A DNA stretch of 44,804 bases from Phycisphaerae bacterium (lineage in GTDB: Bacteria; Planctomycetota; Phycisphaerae; SM23-33), in contig JBKHDI010000023.1 in NCBI GenBank assembly GCA_046541415.1, positions 1 to 44,804 of the forward strand, read 5' to 3'. Below, piece by piece: positions 37,136 to 44,804 of the stretch. The notes beneath the pieces were generated by a model. It saw only the letters and a list, made by a program, of their open reading frames with translations, made no database searches and was not told the DNA's origin. The position numbers and the translations under genes were made by a program. How positions within the stretch are numbered: position 1 is the stretch's first letter; the number at the start of each line of letters is the position of its first letter.

Positions 37136-39106
37136 TTACCTGTCCAGCCGGGCAGGCTGGGCTTGCTCACTGTCTGCCAGCTTGCGGTTGAACTCGAGCA
37201 ACTGCTCGCGAAGCTCGTTGATCGACCAGGCGATGTAGGCCTCGCTGTGGGCGGGTCTGCCCCGTTTCTCCCGCATCAGTCCCTTGTGGACGGCCATCAG
37301 GAAGACGTCCGCCTCGGCCTCGGTGATGGCCGTCGGATGGGCGCCCCATTCGATCAGTTCCTCGAACCGGCGGCGATGGGCCTTGGAGCTGGCGTACTGC
37401 TGGGCCGTCAGGAAGCTGCCGGGCCTTTGCGAGATCTGCACGCCCTTCAGGGCCATGACGATCGGTTCGTAGTTCAGTTCGGCCGAGAGACGCAGGAACC
37501 GGAACTGCTGTACGTACGTGCCCGTCCGCTGGCCCATCGTGGCCGGGTAGAGCTCGTCTGAGGTCTGGCTGTAGCGTTTGCGGATCTCCGAGAAGAGCAT
37601 GTGGGCCCCGCCGGGGGCGCAGCCGATAATCTCGTTGGTCGCCAGGCGGTTGATCCGGTACTCCCCGTCGGGCCGGCGATAGAGCTCGCCTGCGATTGCG
37701 AAGAGACACTTGAAGATCGCCAACTCGGGCAGGCGGTTGAGCACGGGCTTGTGCTGCTGGCTCTTCAGCTGCATCGAAATATGCACGCTGTGCGGTTCGA
37801 TGTCGAAGAATCGCCGGGTCTGCTGGATGAACTGGCCGAGGATCCACGGGTCGTCGGTGATCGGCTTGGAGAGGTTCGCCTGCAGCGACAGGTTGCCCGG
37901 TGCGACCTCGAAGAACCCCCGCCTCTGACGCTGGGAAAGCTTCGTGTGGTGGTCGTCGACGTGGCCGCCGAGTTTCCAGGTCAGCACGTCCAGGCCGAAG
38001 TCCGGGAAGTAGTAAAACCCGTCGTACTGCCGGTCCCGCAACTGCTGGCCGGAGGGGTTGTCGATCACATCGTGGCCGAGGTTGGAGAACTCCAACTCCG
38101 TTCCCAGGCTGATCGCGCCGCTGCCCATGTGGGTGCGGATGAAGGTCAGTTCGCGTTTGGCCTCGGCCGGTTCGTAGATCGCATCGGCGGCCACGATCGA
38201 CCACCGCACGAAGTCGATGAGGTGATCCTGCTGGAAGTCCAGGTCGGTCAGACAGTCCCCGGCGAGCATGGTCAGCAGAGCCTGGGACGTGTTGAGGATC
38301 CGCAGGGCCATCAGCGAGCTGATCGTCCGGTCGTAGTAGCGCTTCGAGAGGCCCAGGTGGTCCAGTTCGTACCGGAAGTCGCGACGGATGCGTTCCTCGA
38401 ACTGGTTGAAGATCACCTGTCGCATGACCATGGTCAGGTAGTTCGGGGCCAGCAGGCGGGCGTCCTGGTCGCCGGTGATCGCGTGAAAGTCCCGCAGCGG
38501 GTCGTCCTTGATCGAGTGGCGGATGGCGTAATCGCTGATGCCCCCGACCTCGAAGTGGTGGCGGCGCAGGTCGCGGATGGTCGAGCCCCGCAACTCGCCG
38601 ACCGCCCGCCGGGCCGTCCGCTCGGTGGTGTGCAGCTTCTCCCGCTCGGTCTCCAGCAGGGCCGCCTCGATCTTCCGGTCCAGCAAAACCTCCTGCTTGA
38701 GCTCGTCGCGGAACTCGTGGCCGAAGCTGTAGTCCACGCGCTTCTCGTGGCCGATAAAGGCCACCGCCCGCACCGAACCGCTGGAGGTGTAGACCTCGAC
38801 GGTACGCCTGCGATAGTTGTTGCCCTCGTACTTGCGCAGGGCAGCCAGGACCGAGTAATCCAGAGGCCCGATGACCAGCCCGCGGATGCGCCCGTGCTCG
38901 TCGGGGACCGCGTAGAGGTAGGTGTTGTCCGGGCTGATCTTCTTATAGCCGTCCAGCACGCCCTCGCGGGCCAGCAGGACCTCGGGCCCGTCCAGCTGGT
39001 CGGGCCTCATGACGAACTGCAGGCCGGTCACCGCCCGGAAGACCGTCGGGTCCATCAGTGTCCCGTAGGCGAACAGGTTGAACGGCTTGCGTCTGCGTCG
39101 GGTCAT
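37136..39106 (-). CDS. Large (656 aa) protein with N-terminal gamma-glutamyl cyclotransferase (GGCT/AIG2-like) domain fused to an uncharacterised C-terminal region of about 530 aa
   Basis: FAYGTLMDP ... YxxxxxxG pattern of AIG2/GGCT at the N-terminus. The remainder has no recognisable motif. Its start lies 9 nt after the sppA stop. Confidence 0.55.
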   Translation of the reverse strand: MTRRRRKPFNLFAYGTLMDPTVFRAVTGLQFVMRPDQLDGPEVLLAREGVLDGYKKISPDNTYLYAVPDEHGRIRGLVIGPLDYSVLAALRKYEGNNYRRRTVEVYTSSGSVRAVAFIGHEKRVDYSFGHEFRDELKQEVLLDRKIEAALLETEREKLHTTERTARRAVGELRGSTIRDLRRHHFEVGGISDYAIRHSIKDDPLRDFHAITGDQDARLLAPNYLTMVMRQVIFNQFEERIRRDFRYELDHLGLSKRYYDRTISSLMALRILNTSQALLTMLAGDCLTDLDFQQDHLIDFVRWSIVAADAIYEPAEAKRELTFIRTHMGSGAISLGTELEFSNLGHDVIDNPSGQQLRDRQYDGFYYFPDFGLDVLTWKLGGHVDDHHTKLSQRQRRGFFEVAPGNLSLQANLSKPITDDPWILGQFIQQTRRFFDIEPHSVHISMQLKSQQHKPVLNRLPELAIFKCLFAIAGELYRRPDGEYRINRLATNEIIGCAPGGAHMLFSEIRKRYSQTSDELYPATMGQRTGTYVQQFRFLRLSAELNYEPIVMALKGVQISQRPGSFLTAQQYASSKAHRRRFEELIEWGAHPTAITEAEADVFLMAVHKGLMREKRGRPAHSEAYIAWSINELREQLLEFNRKLADSEQAQPARLDR

Positions 39107-39115
39107 CTGGTGGTT

Positions 39116-40981
39116 CTACCGGCGGATTTCCAGGCCATGGGGCATGGCCGTCAGGATCGTCGATCCGTCCATCATCTGCCCCAACTGCAGCAGGTATCGG
39201 ATCGCGGGCTTCTTCTCCAGCAGGCCGACCAGCAGGGCCGCGTCGAGTCGGCCTGACGGGTCCGGCAGGCTGATCGCGCCGCTGGACGAGCCGAACAGGT
39301 CGGCCAGACCGCGGGGACGGGGCAGGTCGATGAAGTTCTGCGTCTTGACCCCGCTGAGCTTCTGGGCAGCGATGACCGCCTGGCGCAGGCCGCCCAGCTG
39401 GTCGACCATGCCGAGCTTCTGGCCCTGGGCTGCGGTGAAGATCCGCCCCTGGGCGACCTGGCTGACATCGGCGATCTGCCCGCGGCGCGACTCGGTCACG
39501 CGGTCGACGAAGAGCTTGTAGGTCTTCTCGGCGTGTTGGCGGATCACGGCTATCTCGCGCTGGCTCCACGGACGCGACAAGGCCAGGCCCGCGTTGGCTC
39601 CACGCGTAAAGGACGTGGTCTGGACCTTGAGCTTCTCCATCAGCCCCTCAGCGGAGATCTTCCCGGCCACCACGCCGATCGAGCCGACGATTGCGGCGGG
39701 GTCGGCGATTATCTTCCTGCCGCCCATCGCCACGTAATAGCCGCCCGAAGCGGCCATGCCCCCGATCGAGACGATCACGGGCTTGTCGCGATTGCAGCGG
39801 GCGGCGGCCTGGTAGATCAGTTCGCTGGCCAGGGCCGATCCGCCGGGCGAGTCGATCCGGAGAATTACCGCCTTGATGTTCGGCTCGGTTCGGGCGGTCT
39901 CCAAGGCCTGGATCAGCGTTTCGTGGCCCGCCCCGCCGGAGGAGAACAGCCCGCCACCGCTCGTGCCCATCATGATCACGCCGTCGACGTGGACGATCGC
40001 GATGGTCGGTTGATTGATCGCCCGGCCCTGGCCTCCCCCCGCCAGCATCGACAGCAGGGCGAAGGGGTTGGAGAAGTCCGGCCCTTTACTGGACTTGGCG
40101 CCGTAGCGGTAGACGATTTCGGCGTCTCGCTGGTCGCTGCTCTGCTGCTGGATGACCCACTGCTCCCACTCATGCAGGGACTGGAGACGATCGACGAACT
40201 TGTGCTTTCTGGCCTGCCGGGCGTCGAACGGGCCCTGGTCGATGGCCTTGCGGACATCCTCGAGAGGCAGGGAGCGGGCCTGGGCGAACTGCCCGCACAT
40301 CTGCGAATAGAGCCCGTCGAGCAGGCGGTTGTACTCGCTGGTCAACTCGTCGCTGGGCTCGGTGCGTGTCAGCGGCTCGGCGGCGCCCTTGAACTTGCCG
40401 ATCTGCACGAACTGGGGCGTCAGGCCCGCCCAGTTCAGCGTGTCCTTGAAGAATGTCACTTCCGCGGCCAGGCCGTAAATGAGCAACCCGCCGGCCGGCT
40501 CGCACGTGACGGTCGTCGCCGAGGAGGCCACCAGGTACTGCACGGCCCCGGCCTCGGTCAGGTGCACGTGGACGGGTTTGACCTTGGCCATCCTGTCGAT
40601 CGCGTCGGCCAGCTCCTGTCCCTGGGCCCAGTTCAGCAGGGGCATGTCGATCTGCAGGGCCACCGCCTCGATCGAGTCGTCGTTGCGTGCCTTGGCCAGT
40701 CGGTGCAGCCAGTCGCGCAGAGTCATCTCGGACGAATCGCCAAAGAGGCTGAAATCCGCCGGGGCGCTGTTGATGATCCCGTCGATCCGCATGTGGGCGA
40801 TCCGCGCCGGACGCGCGGGCTGGGTTTGTTCCTGGACCTCGCCCGGATTCTCGGAACCCACGGCGGTCTGGACGTCTGCCTCGTCCGCCGGGGCTTCTGC
40901 CCGCACCTGCGACCAGCCGAGCGCCAAGACGACGGTCAGGACGATCCACTTGAGTCTGTTCAATGATCCGCAACTGTTCAT
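39116..40981 (-). CDS. sppA: Signal peptide peptidase SppA, 67K (two-domain) type
   Basis: Tandem ClpP/crotonase-like S49 domains (AVILRIDSPGGSALASE ... VSIGGMAASGGYYVA). The start at 40981 has a GGGGGAGA RBS and is followed by a TM anchor. The ORF extends to 41056. Confidence 0.8.
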   Translation of the reverse strand: MNSCGSLNRLKWIVLTVVLALGWSQVRAEAPADEADVQTAVGSENPGEVQEQTQPARPARIAHMRIDGIINSAPADFSLFGDSSEMTLRDWLHRLAKARNDDSIEAVALQIDMPLLNWAQGQELADAIDRMAKVKPVHVHLTEAGAVQYLVASSATTVTCEPAGGLLIYGLAAEVTFFKDTLNWAGLTPQFVQIGKFKGAAEPLTRTEPSDELTSEYNRLLDGLYSQMCGQFAQARSLPLEDVRKAIDQGPFDARQARKHKFVDRLQSLHEWEQWVIQQQSSDQRDAEIVYRYGAKSSKGPDFSNPFALLSMLAGGGQGRAINQPTIAIVHVDGVIMMGTSGGGLFSSGGAGHETLIQALETARTEPNIKAVILRIDSPGGSALASELIYQAAARCNRDKPVIVSIGGMAASGGYYVAMGGRKIIADPAAIVGSIGVVAGKISAEGLMEKLKVQTTSFTRGANAGLALSRPWSQREIAVIRQHAEKTYKLFVDRVTESRRGQIADVSQVAQGRIFTAAQGQKLGMVDQLGGLRQAVIAAQKLSGVKTQNFIDLPRPRGLADLFGSSSGAISLPDPSGRLDAALLVGLLEKKPAIRYLLQLGQMMDGSTILTAMPHGLEIRR

Positions 40982-41072
40982 GGGTATCTCCCCCCGGCCT
41001 GGCGGGCCGGAAAAAAGGCTTGCAACCAGTGTAGCGTTTGGCGGAGCGGACGGCAAACTTTACAATGGACGC

Positions 41073-42119
41073 ATGTCACGCAACCGCAGCGAACCGATGC
41101 CCGTGAAGTACTGGTCCCGCGCGGGCCTGATGCTCAGCTGGTGGTGCAACGCGCGCTGTCCGTCCTGCTACCTGGCCTGCAGCCCCGCCCACAAGGGGTG
41201 GGTCGATCCGGACTGGCTGCTGCGCGTCTGGGCGGGGCTGGTCGCCGCCAGCCCGCATGGCTGTCGGGTGCACCTGACCGGGGGCGAGCCGTTCGGCAAC
41301 TTCCCGCTGCTGCTGGAAATCTGCCGCCGCGCCCGGACAGCAGGGCTGGGCCCGCTGGAGAAGATCGAGACCAACGCCTTCTGGGCAAGCGACGATGGCA
41401 GGACCGCCGAGTGGATCGGCCTGCTCGACCGGGCGGGGATGGAGAAACTGGCCATCTCCGCAGACCCGTGGCACCAGCGATTCGTGCCGATCGCCCGCGC
41501 CCGCTCAGCGGCGCGGATCGCCCGCGACATTCTCGGGCCCGACCGCGTCCAGGTCCGCTGGGAAGACTGGCTGGCCGAGGGTACCGACACGGCCGGGCTG
41601 GCCGGTGCAGCCCTGGAGCAACTGGCCCGGCGGCTGGGCAGCCAAGGTCGCGACCGCTACAACGGCAGGGCGGCAGAGGAGTTAGCCGGCGGAGTTGATC
41701 TCAAGCCCCTGTCCACGCTGGCCGATAGAGCCTGTAACCACGCCCTGTTGCGGGGCAAGCACGTGCACATCAGCCCGGAAGGACTGGTGATTCCCGGCAC
41801 GTGTGCGGGAATCGTGCTCGGGCGCATCGGACCGGACGCAAACGTCGGGGCGATCCGGCAGGGGTTGCACGACGAGCGATTCCCGGCCACCTTGGCGGGA
41901 ATCCTGGCCGAGAAGGGACCTGCAGGCCTGGCCGAACATGCCCGACCGGCGGGGTTCATCCCCCGGGCGGGGTACGCCTCGAAGTGTCACCTGTGTTGGC
42001 ACGTTCGCAGTTGGCTGCACCGACAGGGCGGCCCGGGCTGTCAGCAGTTGGGGCCGGACTGGTGGTATCGCCCGCAGAGAGCCGGATCGGGCCGGGACCA
42101 AGCGGCGGGGCAGGCGTGA
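41073..42119 (+). CDS. Radical SAM domain protein (CX3CX2C), function unknown
   Basis: CNARCPSC cluster 20 aa from the N-terminus and LTGGEPF SAM-binding motif. Additional C-terminal Cys residues include CHLC. No adjacent precursor peptide or obvious substrate gene. Confidence 0.6.
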   Translation: MSRNRSEPMPVKYWSRAGLMLSWWCNARCPSCYLACSPAHKGWVDPDWLLRVWAGLVAASPHGCRVHLTGGEPFGNFPLLLEICRRARTAGLGPLEKIETNAFWASDDGRTAEWIGLLDRAGMEKLAISADPWHQRFVPIARARSAARIARDILGPDRVQVRWEDWLAEGTDTAGLAGAALEQLARRLGSQGRDRYNGRAAEELAGGVDLKPLSTLADRACNHALLRGKHVHISPEGLVIPGTCAGIVLGRIGPDANVGAIRQGLHDERFPATLAGILAEKGPAGLAEHARPAGFIPRAGYASKCHLCWHVRSWLHRQGGPGCQQLGPDWWYRPQRAGSGRDQAAGQA

Positions 42120-42180
42120 ATTGTGGAAACCTGACAGCATTTTGCGCAGTTGACGCTGCTTGGAGGCCGATGTAATGTAT

Positions 42181-42230
42181 TGGAAATGTGAACGTTTCCA
42201 CCTCCTGATTTCCGCCGGAAGGGATTCCGG
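42181..42230. promoter_or_regulatory. Two inverted repeats upstream of the kinase gene: TGGAAA-N8-TTTCCA (42181-42200) and CCGGA-N6-TCCGG (42215-42230)
   Basis: Read directly. 12-60 nt upstream of the STK start codon. Candidate operator sites. Confidence 0.3.
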
Positions 42231-42241
42231 ACCGAGCAGAT

Positions 42242-43486
42242 ATGAGTAATGAGAAGGCAAACAGTTCGGGCCAATCGATGTCGATGGACACCGAGATCGG
42301 CAAACTGGTCGTCGAGCGTGGCCTGGCGACGCAGGAGGAGGTCCAGAACTGCCTCTCCCTCCACGGCCAGGCCGACCCGTCCGAGGGCTCATTGGCCCAG
42401 ACGCTGATCCAGCACGGCGTGGTGACCCCGGGGCAGATCCAGCGGGTCAAGAAGACCATCGAAGACTCGCGCAAGGGACAGCAGATCCCCGGCTTCCAGA
42501 TCCTCAGCCGCCTGGGTTCGGGGGCCATGGCCACGACGTTCAAGGCCCGCCAGGTCAGCCTCGACAGGCCCGTGGCGATCAAGGTCCTGCCCAAACGCCT
42601 CAGCGAAAACCAGGAGTACGTCGAGCGGTTCTACAAGGAAGGCCGCGCCGCAGCCAAGCTCAATCACGCCCACATCGCCCAGGCCTTCGACGTCGGCGAG
42701 GCAGGCGGATACCACTACTTCGTCATGGAGTTCGTCGACGGCCACACGCTTTACGACGAGATGGCCTCGGGAAAGGTGTTCTCTGAGGCCGAGGCCCTCG
42801 AGGTGATCATCCAGGTCGCCGAGGCCCTCCAGCACGCCCACAGCCAGGGCCTGATCCACCGCGACGTGAAGCCCAAGAACATCATGATCACCAAGTCCGG
42901 CGTGGTCAAACTCGTCGACATGGGCCTGGCCAGGAACGTGACCGACATGAAGGCCGCCCGCGCCGAGGCAGGCCGCGCCTTCGGCACCCCCTACTACATC
43001 AGCCCCGAGCAGATCCGCGGGGAGGTCAACATCGACTTCCGGGCAGACATCTACTCCCTCGGTGCGACACTGTACCACATGGTCACCGGCAAAGTGCCTT
43101 TCGAGGCCGAAACGCCCACCGCCGTCATGCACAAGCACCTGAAGGAAGAGCTCCGCCCGCCGGACCACATCAACGAGTCGCTTTCCAGCGGCCTGGGCGA
43201 AGTGGTCGAAGTCATGATGGCCAAGAACCGCGACAGACGCTACTCGACGACCTCGGATCTGCTGCTGGATCTCAAGGCCATCCAGGCCGGCGAACCTCCG
43301 CTCCAGGCCCGCAAGGCGATTCAACCGGACGTGCTGAACGAACTGGCCCAGTCCAACCCCAACGAACAGACCGCCGAACAGCAGGCAATCTCCCAGCCGA
43401 ACAACCTGATGACCTACGTGGTCATCCTGGCGGTGGCCCTGGGCCTGAGCCTGCTGGTCAACCTCATCCTCCTGGTCGGCGGATGA
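42242..43486 (+). CDS. Ser/Thr protein kinase with N-terminal GspE-N/MshEN-like tandem motif and C-terminal TM anchor
   Basis: Hanks kinase motifs (VAIKVL, HRDVKPKN, DMGLAR, SPE). N-terminal 80 aa contain two about 24-aa LVxxGxxTxxxLxxxLxxQ-like repeats (EIGKLVVERGLATQEEVQNCL; LAQTLIQHGVVTPGQIQRV). C-terminal hydrophobic helix. Confidence 0.85.
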   Translation: MSNEKANSSGQSMSMDTEIGKLVVERGLATQEEVQNCLSLHGQADPSEGSLAQTLIQHGVVTPGQIQRVKKTIEDSRKGQQIPGFQILSRLGSGAMATTFKARQVSLDRPVAIKVLPKRLSENQEYVERFYKEGRAAAKLNHAHIAQAFDVGEAGGYHYFVMEFVDGHTLYDEMASGKVFSEAEALEVIIQVAEALQHAHSQGLIHRDVKPKNIMITKSGVVKLVDMGLARNVTDMKAARAEAGRAFGTPYYISPEQIRGEVNIDFRADIYSLGATLYHMVTGKVPFEAETPTAVMHKHLKEELRPPDHINESLSSGLGEVVEVMMAKNRDRRYSTTSDLLLDLKAIQAGEPPLQARKAIQPDVLNELAQSNPNEQTAEQQAISQPNNLMTYVVILAVALGLSLLVNLILLVGG

Positions 43487-43540
43487 CCGGAGGCCAGAAG
43501 GAAACTTGCCCTCCCCGGGCTGGAGGTTGTCTATACTTGC

Positions 43541-43569
43541 TTGACACTGCCTCCGGCGAGGCTTACGAT
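43541..43569 (+). promoter_or_regulatory. Sigma70-like promoter candidate TTGACA-N17-TACGAT upstream of the STAS-RsbW-STAS genes
   Basis: Perfect -35 hexamer at 43541-43546 and a 17-nt spacer. The -10 hexamer TACGAT matches 4 of 6 positions (43564-43569). It lies 31 nt before the STAS start. Confidence 0.35.
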
Positions 43570-43599
43570 TCAGGCCAACGCGTGCGGTAGGAGAAGCCC

Positions 43600-43956
43600 A
43601 TGGCCCAGAACAATCCACGAATGAACGTGGTCGTCCAGCAGGACGTCATGATAATCGAGTTGATGAGCCAGAAGATCCTCGATGAGATGGTCATCTCCGA
43701 GATCGGCGAACAGCTCTACAGCCTCGTCGAAAAGTCCGACTATCCCCGGATGATCGTCGACTTCTCGTCCGTCTCTCACATGTCTTCCAGCGCCCTGGGG
43801 ATGTTGATCACCCTCCAGAAACGGATCAAGGAGAAGGACGGCATCCTGAAGCTCTGCTGCGTCCAACCGGCGATTTACGAGGTATTTGTAATCACCAGGC
43901 TCAACGAGATCTTCGACATCTGCGGATCCCTCGAAGAAGCGCTCAAGGGCATGTAA
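43600..43956 (+). CDS. STAS-domain anti-sigma-factor antagonist
   Basis: STAS fold pattern with conserved phosphorylatable Ser region DFSSVSHMSSSALGMLI. GGTAGGAG RBS. Confidence 0.8.
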   Translation: MAQNNPRMNVVVQQDVMIIELMSQKILDEMVISEIGEQLYSLVEKSDYPRMIVDFSSVSHMSSSALGMLITLQKRIKEKDGILKLCCVQPAIYEVFVITRLNEIFDICGSLEEALKGM

Positions 43957-43963
43957 CGGCAGG

Positions 43964-44371
43964 GTGGCGGACTTGCTTGAATCGGCTGTCATAGAATCGG
44001 ATTTCATGCAGGCCAAGCAACTGCAGCAGAAGATCCTGTCGGAAATCGACAAGTACGATTACGACCAGTGCGCCGTCTTTGCCATCCGCCTGGCGATGGA
44101 AGAGGCCCTCAACAACGCCATCCGCCACGGCAACGCGGGCGACCCGAGCAAAAAGGTCGAAGTCGAGTACGAAGTCTCGCCCGAGAAGGTGATGATCCAG
44201 ATCACCGACGAAGGCGTGGGGTTCATCCCCGAGAAGGTCCCGGACCCGACGGCCGACGAAAACCTCGAAAAGCCGTCCGGACGGGGCATTATGCTCATTC
44301 ACGCATACATGGACGAGGTCGAATACCTCAAACGGGGCAACTGTGTTCGCATGGTCAAACTCAACCAGTAG
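43964..44371 (+). CDS. Anti-sigma regulatory factor, RsbW/SpoIIAB-like Ser kinase (HATPase_c)
   Basis: EALNNAIRHGN (N-box) and DEGVGF (G1 box) of GHKL anti-sigma kinases. GTG start. Confidence 0.7.
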   Translation: MADLLESAVIESDFMQAKQLQQKILSEIDKYDYDQCAVFAIRLAMEEALNNAIRHGNAGDPSKKVEVEYEVSPEKVMIQITDEGVGFIPEKVPDPTADENLEKPSGRGIMLIHAYMDEVEYLKRGNCVRMVKLNQ

Positions 44372-44386
44372 ACCCGGGCGGTCCGA

Positions 44387-44737
44387 ATGACCTCTCTGCC
44401 TCCCATTGACCTGCAGGTCGACATCCAGGAAGCCGGCGGCTGCGTCTTCGTCTCGGTCGACGGCTCGGTTGGTGTCACCGAGGCCGATGTGCTTCGCAGC
44501 CGACTGGAACCGGTGGCCCGCTCGGCAGCGCCGATTATCGCGGTGGACCTTTCGAAGATGGACTTCATCTCTTCGCCCGGCCTTTCCGTGCTGCTCAAGC
44601 TCGCCCAGCGCGCCCGAACCTGGGACGGGCAGGTCAAGCTCGTCTCCCCGCGCCCGATTATCCGCGACCTGCTCAACCGGACCCGCCTGACCGAAATCTT
44701 CCCGATCTGCGAAACGCGCGAAGACGCGATACAGTAG
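44387..44737 (+). CDS. STAS-domain anti-sigma-factor antagonist (second copy)
   Basis: DLSKMDFISSPGLSVLLKL STAS core with the conserved Ser. 116 aa. Confidence 0.8.
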   Translation: MTSLPPIDLQVDIQEAGGCVFVSVDGSVGVTEADVLRSRLEPVARSAAPIIAVDLSKMDFISSPGLSVLLKLAQRARTWDGQVKLVSPRPIIRDLLNRTRLTEIFPICETREDAIQ

Positions 44738-44804
44738 CGACCCCGTCCTTCGCCCACGCACCGCCGCAAGCGGCGCTACGCGATAGGGACCAGACGCACT
44801 CCCA

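Noticed and set aside
1-44804. Checked for tRNA/rRNA genes, CRISPR repeats, and IS/transposase or integrase genes
   Set aside because: No spacer-repeat periodicity. No intergenic region is long enough or has the conserved GTTC..T-loop / CCA features for tRNA. No ORF has DDE transposase or tyrosine recombinase motifs.

Overview
The window is 44.8 kb of high-GC bacterial DNA with short intergenic gaps and many overlapping start/stop codons. The gene content suggests Planctomycetota: two Cys-type sulfatases, a STAS/RsbW partner-switching module, and a Ser/Thr kinase with a GspE-N/MshEN-like N-terminus. This assignment is tentative. I call 37 protein-coding genes. There are no rRNA or tRNA genes, no CRISPR array and no IS elements or transposases.

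The most notable feature is a five-gene, same-strand, tightly coupled operon at 531..10199: PspA/IM30 paralog 1, a YqiJ/NfeD-like membrane protein, an SPFH/flotillin protein, a giant 1832-aa protein with an AAA+ domain, and PspA/IM30 paralog 2. The giant protein carries a MoxR/AAA_5-like domain (Walker A PPGYGKTT, Walker B MIYVDD, sensor-1 AGNP) near its C-terminal third and long coiled-coil regions. I read this as a candidate ATP-powered membrane-remodelling or membrane-stress system built around PspA, the bacterial ESCRT-III homolog. Its organisation is analogous to ESCRT-III plus the Vps4 ATPase, but with an unrelated giant ATPase. This is the most likely novel system in the window.

The rest of the window holds housekeeping and envelope genes:
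- an M42 peptidase, nadB, and rnpA-yidD (without rpmH or yidC)
- a LOG-family protein
- an LPS-core operon (heptosyltransferase, LPS kinase, glycosyltransferase) ending in plsY
- a diguanylate-cyclase response regulator with a GGDEM variant of the GGDEF motif
- araB with a glycoside hydrolase
- a macro-domain/NUDIX pair
- Gfo/Idh/MocA and aldo/keto reductase genes
- an S41 protease
- an sppA operon containing a large protein with an N-terminal GGCT fusion
- an orphan radical-SAM protein
- an STK-STAS-RsbW-STAS signalling module

All coordinates include stop codons. Start codons were chosen from ribosome-binding-site context and family N-termini where possible.
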